A stretch of 59,857 bases of DNA from positions 1 through 59,857 of the forward strand of contig PFSB01000009.1 of assembly GCA_002788855.1 (NCBI GenBank), given 5' to 3'. Shown here piece after piece: positions 27,598-37,543 of this stretch. The number at the start of each line of letters is the position of its first letter. The stretch's first letter is position 1. The translations under genes were made by a program, and so were the position numbers. The stretch is from Candidatus Roizmanbacteria bacterium CG_4_9_14_0_2_um_filter_38_17. Lineage in GTDB: Bacteria; Patescibacteriota; Microgenomatia; GCA-00278855. Below the pieces are notes generated by a model. It was not told where the DNA came from, ran no database searches, and was given only the letters and a program-made list of their open reading frames with translations.

Positions 27598-27906
27598 ATG
27601 CGTCAAAGTAGAATTAGAGTTAGATTAAAGGCATATGATCACAGGGTTATTGATGAATCCTGTCAGAAAATAGTTGAGTCTACAATTCAAACTGGTGCAA
27701 AAGTTATGGGACCTGTTCCTCTTCCAACACGCAGAGAAAAATTTGCGGTTATGCGTTCCCCATTTACGGACAAGGATTCACGTGAGCATTTCATGATCAA
27801 GACACATAAGAGAGTAATAGATATTGAAGAACCTAACCAGAAAACTATTGATGCTCTTATGCATATGAATCTTCCCGCTGGAGTAGATATTCAGATAGGC
27901 TCCTAA
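27598..27906 (+). CDS. rpsJ: Ribosomal protein S10
   Basis: [23 protein letters not shown]...; follows tuf. Confidence 0.95.
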   Translation: MRQSRIRVRLKAYDHRVIDESCQKIVESTIQTGAKVMGPVPLPTRREKFAVMRSPFTDKDSREHFMIKTHKRVIDIEEPNQKTIDALMHMNLPAGVDIQIGS

Positions 27907-27949
27907 ATCTCTTCAACATATAGTTCCTAGATCATGTTATTGTGTATAT

Positions 27950-28588
27950 ATGAAAGTTAATTGGTGGCTGATTGCAGCATTGGAGTTGGTTCTTCTATTG
28001 CTGATATTTACTGGATTTGGATTAGCGTATTTATCATCTTCAAATAAGTTGTTAATAGACAATAATATGCAGAATATAATTCATGAAACAAAAAAGGAAG
28101 ACGAATATAGTCTAGTAAAAAGAAACATGAGTGATAAATTTACCCTGGAAGGAGTAAAGGTTGAAATAAGTAGAATTGGATATGATAGATTTTTATCTAC
28201 CATCATAGGCAGCCTTGGAGATATTGAAGAGATAAATATTGCTGAATATACTGGCATACACACAACTCAGAATGTTCAAGGAGACAGTGAGCAGCAGCTG
28301 TATGTATTAACAACTAATAGCAAGAAGAGCGATCAGGTAATTGTGATAACCGTAACAAATGATGGAGTTACGGTTAATGATATTAGTGCAATAATTGAGC
28401 AGGTTGATAAAGAGCTGATATTGCACCTCACCCCAACTGTAAAGATTGAAAATACTAAAGTACCAGTGAATGAATCTCTAACACAAACTCCAACTAATGT
28501 TCCAGCTCAAACACCTCTGTTAACACCTGACCCAGCTAATTTTGGAGATTGTATCTATGGTTGTGTATCTGAAGAGAGATTTAAGTAA
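27950..28588 (+). CDS. Hypothetical N-terminally anchored protein
   Basis: 212 aa with one N-terminal TM helix and a Thr/Pro-rich region near the C-terminus. No recognisable motif. Confidence 0.5.
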   Translation: MKVNWWLIAALELVLLLLIFTGFGLAYLSSSNKLLIDNNMQNIIHETKKEDEYSLVKRNMSDKFTLEGVKVEISRIGYDRFLSTIIGSLGDIEEINIAEYTGIHTTQNVQGDSEQQLYVLTTNSKKSDQVIVITVTNDGVTVNDISAIIEQVDKELILHLTPTVKIENTKVPVNESLTQTPTNVPAQTPLLTPDPANFGDCIYGCVSEERFK

Positions 28589-28592
28589 ATTA

Positions 28593-30275
28593 CTACATCT
28601 TTTCGAGAGTTTTGATTCCTAAGAGTTTAAGCCCATTCTTCAATACTTGTGCAGTAGCGGACGTTAGCTGTAATCTAAATTGTACATTATCACCACCGAT
28701 TACTTTATGTTTGTTGTAGAAAGTATTGTATTTCTGCGCAAGATCAAACAGGTAATTGCAGATTAAGTTAGGAGAGTAAGTTTTTCCTGCTTCAAGCACC
28801 ACTTCGGGATATTTATACAAAGTTCGCAAAATAGTTAATTCCTCGATGTTTGGTTGTAGGCTCGTATCTGATTTACTATTTTCACTCTTTCTTGCAATAG
28901 ATTTACATCTAGCATATGTGTACTGTAAATATGGCCCCGAGTTCCCCTCTAAAGATATGGACTGATTAATGTCAAATGCTATTTCACTTTTTGGATCAAC
29001 TTTTAACATAGAATATTTTACAGCACCGATCATAATAATCTCTGCTGACTTGTCATCAACATCGAAAGATTTTGTAATTTTATTCTTAACTTCATCCAAT
29101 AGCCATTGAGCGGTAATTACTGTTCCTTTGCGGGAAGACATTTTTCCCTTAGCTAGCTGAACAAATCCGTATATGTAGTGAAGCTGTTTATTTTGGTATT
29201 TTACAGAATTGATTAGCTCTTCTGCCTTAAACGTTACCTGGAAAAAACTGGCTTGCTCTGGACCTACTATATGAATACATTTGTCTATTTCTCCATGCTC
29301 ACTAAACTCTAGTTCTGCTAAGCCTAGTTCTTTTCCTTCGTAAGTAGGATTTCCCTCGCTAGTGATAAATACTCTAGTATGGAGACCATATTTATCTCCA
29401 TTAAACACAACAGCGCCTTTACTTTTCTCTAAGATACCGTCTTTAAGAGCTTGTTTGGACATTTTAAGTCCTGAGTCATATACCTCGCTTTCAAAATATA
29501 ATCGGTCAAAATGAGAATAAACTCGCTTATAAAACTCGTCATAGTAATCCAAGCTCCATTGCCTAGTCTTCTTCCAGAGTTTTAGAATTTTAGGATCTCT
29601 GTTGTATATTTTTTTGTTAATAACATGAATTTTTTGCTTAGCTTCTTCATTGTTTTCATAATAACTATTACCTTCTTGGTAAGATTTACCTAAGTATTTA
29701 ATCTTTTCATCAAGAGTTTTAGGAGTTTTCTCGCCAGTTTGCATCATTCCGTATATGCATTTTGCAATATGCATACCAACATCTCCTTGATAATTAGCTC
29801 TTATAACCTTATTACCAATCGTCTCTAGTATTCTAATAATTGACTCTGCTAAGGATATATTTCTTAAATGACCAATATGGAGTAGTTTGTGAGTATTGGG
29901 GTGAGCAAATTCAACGATTATTTTTTTTGCTGGACCTAAGAGGAATGAAGGGATTATTTGTTTATCTGTGTTAATAAGTTCGAGCTCATTGATCAAACAA
30001 TCATTTGCGAGCCAAAAATTAATAAATCCTGAGCCGGCTACCTCTATTTTGTCTACAACCTTCTTTAGTTCTTTATCTTTCTCTAATTCTGTTACTATTG
30101 CTGTGGCTAGCTCTCGAGGATTTTTCTCTGCCTTAGCTGCTAATACCATTGCTATATTGCAAGAGTAATCGCCATGGCTTTCCTCACCCGGATGCTCCAG
30201 GTTTATATCTACCTCTGGTAGCTTTAAACGCTTAATTACTTGTTGTATCTGTTCTTTAATAGTGTCTGTGATCAT
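28593..30275 (-). CDS. argS: Arginyl-tRNA synthetase
   Basis: 560 aa. N-terminal Arg-tRNA-binding-like domain, HIGH motif LLHIGHLRN, MSSRKG, and a C-terminal DALR-like helical domain ending in M. Confidence 0.9.
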   Translation of the reverse strand: MITDTIKEQIQQVIKRLKLPEVDINLEHPGEESHGDYSCNIAMVLAAKAEKNPRELATAIVTELEKDKELKKVVDKIEVAGSGFINFWLANDCLINELELINTDKQIIPSFLLGPAKKIIVEFAHPNTHKLLHIGHLRNISLAESIIRILETIGNKVIRANYQGDVGMHIAKCIYGMMQTGEKTPKTLDEKIKYLGKSYQEGNSYYENNEEAKQKIHVINKKIYNRDPKILKLWKKTRQWSLDYYDEFYKRVYSHFDRLYFESEVYDSGLKMSKQALKDGILEKSKGAVVFNGDKYGLHTRVFITSEGNPTYEGKELGLAELEFSEHGEIDKCIHIVGPEQASFFQVTFKAEELINSVKYQNKQLHYIYGFVQLAKGKMSSRKGTVITAQWLLDEVKNKITKSFDVDDKSAEIIMIGAVKYSMLKVDPKSEIAFDINQSISLEGNSGPYLQYTYARCKSIARKSENSKSDTSLQPNIEELTILRTLYKYPEVVLEAGKTYSPNLICNYLFDLAQKYNTFYNKHKVIGGDNVQFRLQLTSATAQVLKNGLKLLGIKTLEKM

Positions 30276-30428
30276 TAGTCTATTATAGCAGGATCACTAA
30301 AACTAGTAAGTTAAGAGATGTATTAGCTGAACTTTAGTTGTAGCTTGCGCCTAAAACTTTGGTTAGGGGAGAAAGAAACAAAGATCAATTTTTCTTCCTA
30401 CCTAAGGTGTGATTAATAGATCTGACTG

Positions 30429-30716
30429 TTATTTATATACCTCTGCTTGAAGGTTAAACATCTGTGCGTACTCACCATTTTTTAAATATAGCTCATCGTG
30501 TGTGCCTCTTTCGATGATTGCCCCATCCTTTAGAACAATTATTTCAATAGATAATTGTTCCCCATTTGCAAAGGCGTTTCCTAAAATTTGTTGATATTTC
30601 TTAGGGAGTTTTTCTATAAACTGATTTGCGCCAGACATCAAAGCGGCTTTTCTAATAAGTGGCTTATTTTGTATGTCTTTAATTTTCCCAATTGCGATAT
30701 TTTCTGAAACAGTCAA
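30429..30716 (-). pseudogene. Remnant of an ABC exporter ATPase domain
   Basis: TVSENIAIGK...ANQFIEKLPKKYQQILG...QLS then jumps directly to IIVLKDGAIIERGTHDELYLKNGEYAQMF. The Walker A, LSGGQ, Walker B and H-loop are missing, and there is no upstream TMD. Confidence 0.7.
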
Positions 30717-30797
30717 ACAACCTTATTCCTGGGGATAATAAGGTCAATATTCTTTAAGTTATTTTCCCTGGCGCCTTTAATTATTATGTTATTCATC

Positions 30798-30826
30798 TTG
30801 ACAAACACTCAACTATGGGCTATTAT
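30798..30826 (+). promoter_or_regulatory. Candidate sigma70 promoter of the MerR-family gene, with a downstream 6-3-6 inverted repeat
   Basis: TTGACA (30798-30803), 17-nt spacer, TATTAT (30821-30826). The inverted repeat ATAACG-TTA-CGTTAT lies at 30832-30846, just before the ATG at 30858. Confidence 0.5.
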
Positions 30827-30857
30827 ATGATATAACGTTACGTTATAGTCAATAGCA

Positions 30858-31655
30858 ATGAAAAACTATCTATCAGCAGGGGAATTAGCAAGGTTAGCTT
30901 GTACTACCAAGCGGACCATTCATTTTTATGATGAGCTGGGAATATTGAAGCCTGTGAAAGTTGATTCCAATGGCTACCGTAAATATGCTCAAGAACAGGT
31001 ATTGGATTATCAGAGAATACTTCTATTAACCACGCTAGGCGTTTATCTTAAAGAAATAGAAAAATACCTAAAGAAACAAGGAGACTTATCTGCCTTATTT
31101 TTTGAGAAAAAAGCTCTAATTAAGCAGCAAATTGAGGACTTGAAATTTAGTTTAGATAGCTTAGAAAGATACTCACTAAATCTAGAAATTAATAGAACAA
31201 TGGTGGATCCCAAGATAAAAGTAGTTAAACCATTTTATATATATTACATAGAGCGGAAAGGTCCATATTCAAAAATTGGTGATTATTGTGTGGAATTAGG
31301 AACAATGCTTGATAAAAAGGGAAACAAGTTTGTGTCTCTAGCTATATTTGAGGATCAGACCTACCAGCCAAAAGAAACGCTAATAAAAGTAGCTATTATT
31401 GCAAATAAAAATATGATAGTTAGGAGTGAATATAAAGATGAAGTTAAATATATGAAATTCAACCCTGGAAAGGTAATAACTTATACCCATAACGGATCAG
31501 GTAGTTTGTTGTCCTTGTTTTGGAAAGAGCTGGAGAAGTATTGTAGATTAAATAAATTAAATGTTCGTAGAAAAACTCCTGCTTTTGAAATTTATCGCAA
31601 AGTAAACCAAGATTTGTCTAAGCAGTTTTTTGAGATCTACTTACCTATAATTTAG
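30858..31655 (+). CDS. MerR-family transcriptional regulator with a GyrI-like effector-binding domain (BmrR-like)
   Basis: N-terminal HTH GELARLACTTKRTIHFYDELGILKP, a coiled-coil linker, and a ~150-aa C-terminal domain of GyrI-like size. Confidence 0.8.
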   Translation: MKNYLSAGELARLACTTKRTIHFYDELGILKPVKVDSNGYRKYAQEQVLDYQRILLLTTLGVYLKEIEKYLKKQGDLSALFFEKKALIKQQIEDLKFSLDSLERYSLNLEINRTMVDPKIKVVKPFYIYYIERKGPYSKIGDYCVELGTMLDKKGNKFVSLAIFEDQTYQPKETLIKVAIIANKNMIVRSEYKDEVKYMKFNPGKVITYTHNGSGSLLSLFWKELEKYCRLNKLNVRRKTPAFEIYRKVNQDLSKQFFEIYLPII

Positions 31656-31697
31656 TAAACCTGTTTGCGGTAATTTTTAATAAATTGTCTGTGTAAT

Positions 31698-32681
31698 TTA
31701 CACACTTGGTGTGTTAATTGTATACAGAGAACCCCGGGTGGAGCCGAGTTTATTTACAAAACCAGATTTGTAAAGTTGGCGCAGATCATAATGGAGAGTG
31801 CTTTCTGGAACACGAGCAAAACGCCGCTTAATGTTGTCAAAGCTAACTATTTTGTGATCACGAATTATTTCTAGAATTTCGCGTCGTCTGGGAAGTAAAT
31901 TATCCTCGGGCACCGAGTCTTTCGCATCTGTATATGTTTTTATTCCTTGCTCTGCTTGCTGAGCAATTGCTGTTAAGAAAAATTCTACAAATTCCATGAT
32001 GCTATTTGATGGGAGTGCCAAAAGGTCGTAATATAGTTGGCGGTTTTCTTCAAGATATTGTTCTATGGTAACAAGCCCTCGAAAGTCATAGTCATTAGTG
32101 TGTAGGATGTAAACTGAGAGTAATCGTCCTACACGCCCATTTCCGTCTAAAAAAGGATGTATTTTTTCAAACTCATAGTGAATAATTGCCGCATGAATGG
32201 GAGCAGGGTAATCGGTTGAGCTATAAAATGAGATTAATTGATCTACAAGACTCTTTATTTCACTTGGTGGAGGCGGCATATATACTGCTATTCCTGCTGA
32301 ATTAAATATTGCTGACTGCTCGTGCCGGAACTTTCCTGCCGCGGCAGATAATTTATTCATAGCAATTCTATGTAGATTTAAAATAATACTTGGTACTAGT
32401 TTTTTGTTTTGCTTTGCATTTCGTAGCCAGCTGTATGCGCGTTGTAAGTTTTGAACTTCTAGTGCTCTGGTATCATGTTTATCCAGCTTTCCAACATCTG
32501 TTAATTTAAGTGAATTCCCTTCAATTCGCGCAGAATAAAGTGCGCTTTTTAACAAAGACTCTCGCTGTAAACGTAATTCAATCAGTGGCTTTTTTGGAAT
32601 GCTTGCTAAAACTTGCTGAGCAACATCAATTCGCCTAAGCAATGCTTCAATTTCTACTGTGTGTTTATAGATATATTTCAT
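31698..32681 (-). CDS. Fic-domain protein (class II, N-terminal inhibitory motif) with a C-terminal winged-HTH
   Basis: Fic motif HPFLDGNGRVGRLL. Upstream (S/T)xxxE(G/N) inhibitory motif in YSARIEGNS. C-terminal ILEIIRDHKIVSFDNIKRRF...LRQLYKSGFV. Confidence 0.88.
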   Translation of the reverse strand: MKYIYKHTVEIEALLRRIDVAQQVLASIPKKPLIELRLQRESLLKSALYSARIEGNSLKLTDVGKLDKHDTRALEVQNLQRAYSWLRNAKQNKKLVPSIILNLHRIAMNKLSAAAGKFRHEQSAIFNSAGIAVYMPPPPSEIKSLVDQLISFYSSTDYPAPIHAAIIHYEFEKIHPFLDGNGRVGRLLSVYILHTNDYDFRGLVTIEQYLEENRQLYYDLLALPSNSIMEFVEFFLTAIAQQAEQGIKTYTDAKDSVPEDNLLPRRREILEIIRDHKIVSFDNIKRRFARVPESTLHYDLRQLYKSGFVNKLGSTRGSLYTINTPSV

Positions 32682-32740
32682 ATAATACCTGTTTAACAGA
32701 TATTAAAAGATATTGCAAGATGTTAGAAGATATTGGAAGA

Positions 32741-33970
32741 TTAATTATAACCACAGTGGGAATAGGGACAAAGAATTTTATCACAACAGATCTTTTCTTC
32801 ATTTAATAACTGGGGGATTCGTTTATAGTTTCGAAGGAATGATCCCTTGAGATACCATAAGTCATCTGGCTTTAATACATTCTTTAGTATTTCTGCGGCG
32901 ACGAGCACATTGGTTGCGTAAGCAGTTTTTTCTTTAGGGTAACCTGCTTTAACTGCTGTTTCAAGTGTATGTTTACGTAAGAGGCCAATTCCAACAACAA
33001 AATCTGGCTTAAATTTAGCAATCTCATAACCCGTCTTTTTATGCTCATCAACTGGATCTTCCAGCTCCCCCATTTCTCCCAAGACAGCAATTTTTCTACC
33101 CTTTTTATATTCAAGTTTGAAAAGTGTTTCAAGCCCAGCTTTAGTACTGGCGGGATTAGCGCGCAGTGAATCATTAAGAATAAGAGTATTTAAGGGGCCT
33201 TTTTCAATATTCATGCGTCCTTTAAGTGGTGATATTTCTTTTGCCACAATCTGAAAATTGTTAATAAGGCCGTGGTGAGGGTGAGCGGATTTGGCAATCA
33301 GGTATCCTGCCATGAGGTTATATATATGATGTGTTCCTATTAGTCCTGTTTCAACAATATATTTTCTATTGTCAATATTTATTTCAAATTCTGTCCCAGT
33401 TAGATTAATCTTTATAGATTTAGGGTTTACCCAGACGTTAGAGTACTTAGGATCTGTTCCATACCAAATAACTTTTGCTTTAGTGTGTTTAGCCATTTGG
33501 CGGACTAATGGGTCGTCATAGTTTAAGATTGCGGTGCCGGTCTTTGGTAAAACTTCTATTATTTTTCTTTTTTCCTGAATAAGTGTTTCAAGTGACCCCA
33601 AGTGCTCATTGTCTGTATGAACTGGTGAAATTCCGGTGATACAAGAAATGCTTGGTTTAACAATCTCTAGATGCTGGTCCATTTCCCCCAAGTGATCAAT
33701 CCCTAATTCCCAGACAACGTGCTTGGTCCAGGGGCGGACTTTGAGAGCTGTAATGGGAATATTAAAGGTCGTGTCTAGATTAGTATCTGTGGATACTGTG
33801 GATCCAGCTTTTTCTAAGATAGCAGTAGTTATTTTGGTAGTATTTGTTTTACCCTGGCTACCAGTTATGGCAATCTGAATAGGGTTGTTGAGTTTTAACC
33901 AGGTTTTAGCAAAGGCTCTTTTTGCTAGGTGATATATTTGTTTGGTTCCTGTTGGATAATAGACAGTCAT
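32741..33970 (-). CDS. Mur ligase family protein, MurF-like, lacking the usual N-terminal domain and with a Cys-rich tail
   Basis: P-loop ITGSQGKTNTTK, WELGIDHLGEM, ITGISPVHTD, LNDSLRANPASTKAGLETL, VLGEMGELED. C-terminus CCDKILCPYSHCGYN. Confidence 0.7.
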   Translation of the reverse strand: MTVYYPTGTKQIYHLAKRAFAKTWLKLNNPIQIAITGSQGKTNTTKITTAILEKAGSTVSTDTNLDTTFNIPITALKVRPWTKHVVWELGIDHLGEMDQHLEIVKPSISCITGISPVHTDNEHLGSLETLIQEKRKIIEVLPKTGTAILNYDDPLVRQMAKHTKAKVIWYGTDPKYSNVWVNPKSIKINLTGTEFEINIDNRKYIVETGLIGTHHIYNLMAGYLIAKSAHPHHGLINNFQIVAKEISPLKGRMNIEKGPLNTLILNDSLRANPASTKAGLETLFKLEYKKGRKIAVLGEMGELEDPVDEHKKTGYEIAKFKPDFVVGIGLLRKHTLETAVKAGYPKEKTAYATNVLVAAEILKNVLKPDDLWYLKGSFLRNYKRIPQLLNEEKICCDKILCPYSHCGYN

Positions 33971-34026
33971 ATTAGACTATTATACAGTGATTTATTAGAT
34001 TATATTAGTTATTATGGAGATGGTGG

Positions 34027-35892
34027 TTAATGGCGAAGACCTATTTCGTATATAGATTCAAGATCGAGAAGACCACTTTGAGTGGCTACTGATCTCATGA
34101 GATCTTTTATTGTCTTATTTCTTCTGTTAAGTGTTTGTTTACCTCCGATTGTAACTCTTAGATCTGATGATTCGTGTTTATCTCTCAAAAATTCTAGCAG
34201 ATCTTCATAATTTGAATCTGGCAGTTTTCCAGTTTCTTCTTTGAATTGTTGAGATATTTCATGAAATAAAGCAGTTACTGTGTCTTTGGGAACATATGGA
34301 AGGTCGGCTGGAGTAATATATGATCTTTCGGCTAACAAATCAACATTGCCAATATCTCGATGAGAGCCATACATTAAGTGAGAATATGTTAGCTGATTAA
34401 GACTTGTCTTATCTAAATAATCTGCCTCTTTTAAGTTGGGCCTATTTAGTTCATAGAGGTATTTAATATAGGCTACACCTGATAATACCTGAAATGATTG
34501 ATCTAATTCGAGATCTATTAGTTTTTCATCTAGGTTTCGATTACTTAACAAGCTTTGTTCGGATAGAGATATAATTTTGTTGGAAGCACGCAGAAGAGAT
34601 TTTAAAAAAGCCCTTTGAGTATCAGGTATAGAAGGCTGTGAGAGTTGTTCTTGGATATAGCTTCGTAATTGGGGATTAGTTAATTGGTGTTGTAGAAATA
34701 AGTTATTTTGCGTTGCTTCTTCGGATGTGTACCAATTAACCGTGTTGTCAATTGACGTAATGTTATCAGAGTTGTAAATGTTATCTCTATCTCCAGCTTC
34801 GTTAATCACGAGTGATGCCCAAGTTTTTGTTGTGCGTGTTAGTTGCCAAGGTGAAATAAGATTGCGGTTTTTGGGATCAGTAATCATTGATCGGATAAAA
34901 TTTGGGCTATTAAATAATTTTCGAAGAGATTCAGTTTCTGGTGTAGTTTCCAGGAATGATTGCTCAATGAGACGATCTGTTTCTTGTTTAGTTTGAGCAA
35001 GGTGGTCGTACAATTGTATTGTTTGTGCTATTTCTGGGTCGAGACCATATTGAGCTATTTGCTTTTGGAACCACGAGCTATTTCTATTGCAATAAGCTAG
35101 AGCTCTGGCAATTTGTATAGATTCTTGATCATGGATGCCAAATGTACGAGGTCCCATAACCCGAGGTATATCATCTGTTCCCATATCTTTAGGATTGCCA
35201 AAGTGATTTTGGAACGAATCTGTAGTTTTCCATATTGTTATTAATGCTCTTTCTCTTTGATCTTCAGAATGTTTTCCTCGACTCCAGAACATTGCAAGCC
35301 TATTTGCAGCCTCGATTTTAAACTCTGTCCATACGTCACTGTTGTATTTACCGCGACCGCCAATATTTCGTGAGCTGGTTCGAAAACCAAGAAGGACTTG
35401 CGGAAGTCCTATGTCTAATTCCTGTGAGGTTTGATTAATTTTTGAGATAAAATTTTGGTGGTGGCTGTCGAATTCTGGTTGATACTTAAATGGGTCTTTA
35501 CTAAAATAAAATAGACTAAGCTTAGTAAGCCATTCGTTAAGACGAAAAAAACTATCTTCATTTAGTGCATCACTAGAAAAACGGGAAGGATCTAGATCAT
35601 GAAAGAGACTGTCAGAAGTTTCACGTGAGATTTGTGCGTACTCGGGTGATTGAGGTAATAGTTTTCGACCATGTGGCGGAACTCCCCCTGCAGCGTTTAT
35701 TACTGCCCGGGGAGCTCCGAAATAATTTGCAATTGCTGTTCCGGCGAGTATACTACCAGCAATTAGCACTTTTCTTCTTGACATACCTGGTTCTTGGTTC
35801 TGTGAAGGATGGGTAACTGTTACACTCTCAGATGATGTAGGGTCAGTTTCTGTTGAGGCTAATGTTACTGATGCTTCGCTTGTTTCGTCCAT
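34027..35892 (-). CDS. Hypothetical large exported protein with a Tat-like signal
   Basis: 621 aa. After an acidic Ser/Thr-rich leader comes MSRRKVLIAGSILAGTAIANYFGAP; an alternative start is at 35784. No catalytic motif recognised. Confidence 0.5.
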   Translation of the reverse strand: MDETSEASVTLASTETDPTSSESVTVTHPSQNQEPGMSRRKVLIAGSILAGTAIANYFGAPRAVINAAGGVPPHGRKLLPQSPEYAQISRETSDSLFHDLDPSRFSSDALNEDSFFRLNEWLTKLSLFYFSKDPFKYQPEFDSHHQNFISKINQTSQELDIGLPQVLLGFRTSSRNIGGRGKYNSDVWTEFKIEAANRLAMFWSRGKHSEDQRERALITIWKTTDSFQNHFGNPKDMGTDDIPRVMGPRTFGIHDQESIQIARALAYCNRNSSWFQKQIAQYGLDPEIAQTIQLYDHLAQTKQETDRLIEQSFLETTPETESLRKLFNSPNFIRSMITDPKNRNLISPWQLTRTTKTWASLVINEAGDRDNIYNSDNITSIDNTVNWYTSEEATQNNLFLQHQLTNPQLRSYIQEQLSQPSIPDTQRAFLKSLLRASNKIISLSEQSLLSNRNLDEKLIDLELDQSFQVLSGVAYIKYLYELNRPNLKEADYLDKTSLNQLTYSHLMYGSHRDIGNVDLLAERSYITPADLPYVPKDTVTALFHEISQQFKEETGKLPDSNYEDLLEFLRDKHESSDLRVTIGGKQTLNRRNKTIKDLMRSVATQSGLLDLESIYEIGLRH

Positions 35893-35902
35893 GATTTGAT
35901 TG

Positions 35903-36103
35903 TTAGAAATTGCTGAGAGCTCCCATGTAGTTATTTAGAAAAGCGGGTATGGCAAAGGCAAGTCCAATCAGGGGAAGAACAAACATAACTGCAGTACCAA
36001 TTAATGTCCACATGAAGTATTTGCGGGTTTTTTCAGATGATGAGTATATCTTTCTAAGTAGCTCATCTTGAGCATTTAATCTGGCAACAATATCTTCTTG
36101 CAT
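35903..36103 (-). CDS. Small membrane protein
   Basis: 66 aa with one long hydrophobic hairpin WTLIGTAVMFVLPLIGLAFAIPAFL. It lies 10 nt upstream of the 621-aa ORF. Confidence 0.45.
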   Translation of the reverse strand: MQEDIVARLNAQDELLRKIYSSSEKTRKYFMWTLIGTAVMFVLPLIGLAFAIPAFLNNYMGALSNF

Positions 36104-36381
36104 GTTTTTATTATAATCTATTTCAAAAAGTTTTAAAACCGGGTTTTAAAATAACTAAGATTTGTTGAAAATACAGGATAATATATACACAATTCCTATC
36201 ATTATTATGATAATGAAGATATCAAGTCCCGTCTGATAATGGATTACGTGGCGAATACCAAGTTCACGAAGTATAACTGAGAGTTCCTCCAGAGCAATTC
36301 CACCACCTATAGTTAGCATATGCTAAAAGAATAATGAAGAATTTATTTCTTGAAATATGCATAATCAAAATTGCTCTTGAT

Positions 36382-36455
36382 TGGTCGGGGTACTAGGAAT
36401 CGAACCTAGACCGCACGCCCCCCAGGCGCGCATTCTGCCACTAAACTATACCCCG
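36382..36455 (-). tRNA. tRNA-Pro (anticodon GGG), CCA encoded
   Basis: The reverse complement reads CGGGGTA..CGCGC-CTGGGGG-GCGTG..CTAGG-TTCGATT-CCTAG-TACCCCG-A-CCA. It has a 7-bp acceptor stem, a 5-bp anticodon stem, loop CU-GGG-GG and a canonical T-arm; 74 nt in total. Confidence 0.85.
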
Positions 36456-36514
36456 ATTGGAATATTTTATCACTACGCTACTTATAAAAAGATATGGTAC
36501 AATAGCCTTGAAAT

Positions 36515-37543
36515 ATGACAGATGATAAACAAGTAGAGCAGCGTAAAAAAGCAGTGAGTTTAGCGATGGAGCAGATCCAGACACAATATGGTAAAGGATC
36601 TATTATGCGTTTTGGTGAGCCTGGGGCAAGAGTTGCAGGACTCGAAGTTATATCTACTAGTTCTTTGACTCTTGATCAGGCATTGGGCGTAGGAGGGTTA
36701 CCACGAGGAAGAATAGTTGAGGTTTATGGTCCAGAAGCTTCTGGAAAAACTACCATTGCATTGGGGACTATTGCGCAAGCACAAAAAGCTGGTGGTATTG
36801 CGGCCTTTGTAGACGCAGAGCATGCTCTTGATCCCGCTTGGGCACAGATAATTGGTGTGAATTTGGATGATCTTTTAATTTCTCAACCGGACACTGGAGA
36901 GCAGGCTTTGGAAATTACAGAGACACTTATTCGCTCAGGTGGTATTGACGTTTTGGTAATAGATTCTGTGGCCGCACTAGTTCCTCGTTCGGAAATTGAA
37001 GGGGAGATGGGAGACTCACAGATGGGGGTTCAAGCTAGGCTTATGAGCCAAGCACTTCGTAAATTAACCGGAGTAATTTCAAAATCTCGCACAGTAGTTA
37101 TTTTTACTAACCAAATTAGGCATAAAATTGGAGTGATGTTTGGAAACCCTGAAACCACAACAGGTGGATTAGCCTTGAAGTTCTATGCGTCAATCCGTAT
37201 GGATGTTCGTAAAATTAAAGCAATAAAATCCGGAGACCAAGTAATTGGCTCAAGGCATAGAGTAAAGGTTGTTAAGAATAAAGTTGCTCCACCATTTCGA
37301 GAAGCTGAGTTTGAGATTAAGTCGTTTGGTATAGACAAGGGTGGAGAGCTTTTAGATATGGCAGTTGAGCACGGAGTTATTAATCGTTCAGGAGCATTTT
37401 TTAAATATGGGGAAAGTGTACTAGGTCAAGGACACGATGCTGCTGCATCGACACTGATGGAAGATAAGAAGTTAGCTAGCAAGATTTATGCTGAAACCAA
37501 ACAAGCCAAGACTGAAGGAGAAAAGCCCAAAAAAACCAAGTGA
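36515..37543 (+). CDS. recA: Recombinase RecA
   Basis: 342 aa. Walker [19 protein letters not shown], and L2 region [20 protein letters not shown]. Confidence 0.98.
   Translation: MTDDKQVEQRKKAVSLAMEQIQTQYGKGSIMRFGEPGARVAGLEVISTSSLTLDQALGVGGLPRGRIVEVYGPEASGKTTIALGTIAQAQKAGGIAAFVDAEHALDPAWAQIIGVNLDDLLISQPDTGEQALEITETLIRSGGIDVLVIDSVAALVPRSEIEGEMGDSQMGVQARLMSQALRKLTGVISKSRTVVIFTNQIRHKIGVMFGNPETTTGGLALKFYASIRMDVRKIKAIKSGDQVIGSRHRVKVVKNKVAPPFREAEFEIKSFGIDKGGELLDMAVEHGVINRSGAFFKYGESVLGQGHDAAASTLMEDKKLASKIYAETKQAKTEGEKPKKTK

Noticed and set aside
36148-36168. Palindrome TTTTAAAACC-G-GGTTTTAAAA and a possible ~55-codon minus-strand membrane ORF between 36150 and 36320
   Set aside because: I could not phase the small ORF consistently by eye, and it is below the track threshold. 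The palindrome is AT-rich and could be a weak terminator or operator, but support is insufficient.
30276-36455. Integrase, att repeat or prophage signature next to tRNA-Pro
   Set aside because: No recombinase-like ORF and no duplicate of the tRNA 3' end were seen in the island. The acquired-island idea is therefore reported only as inference.
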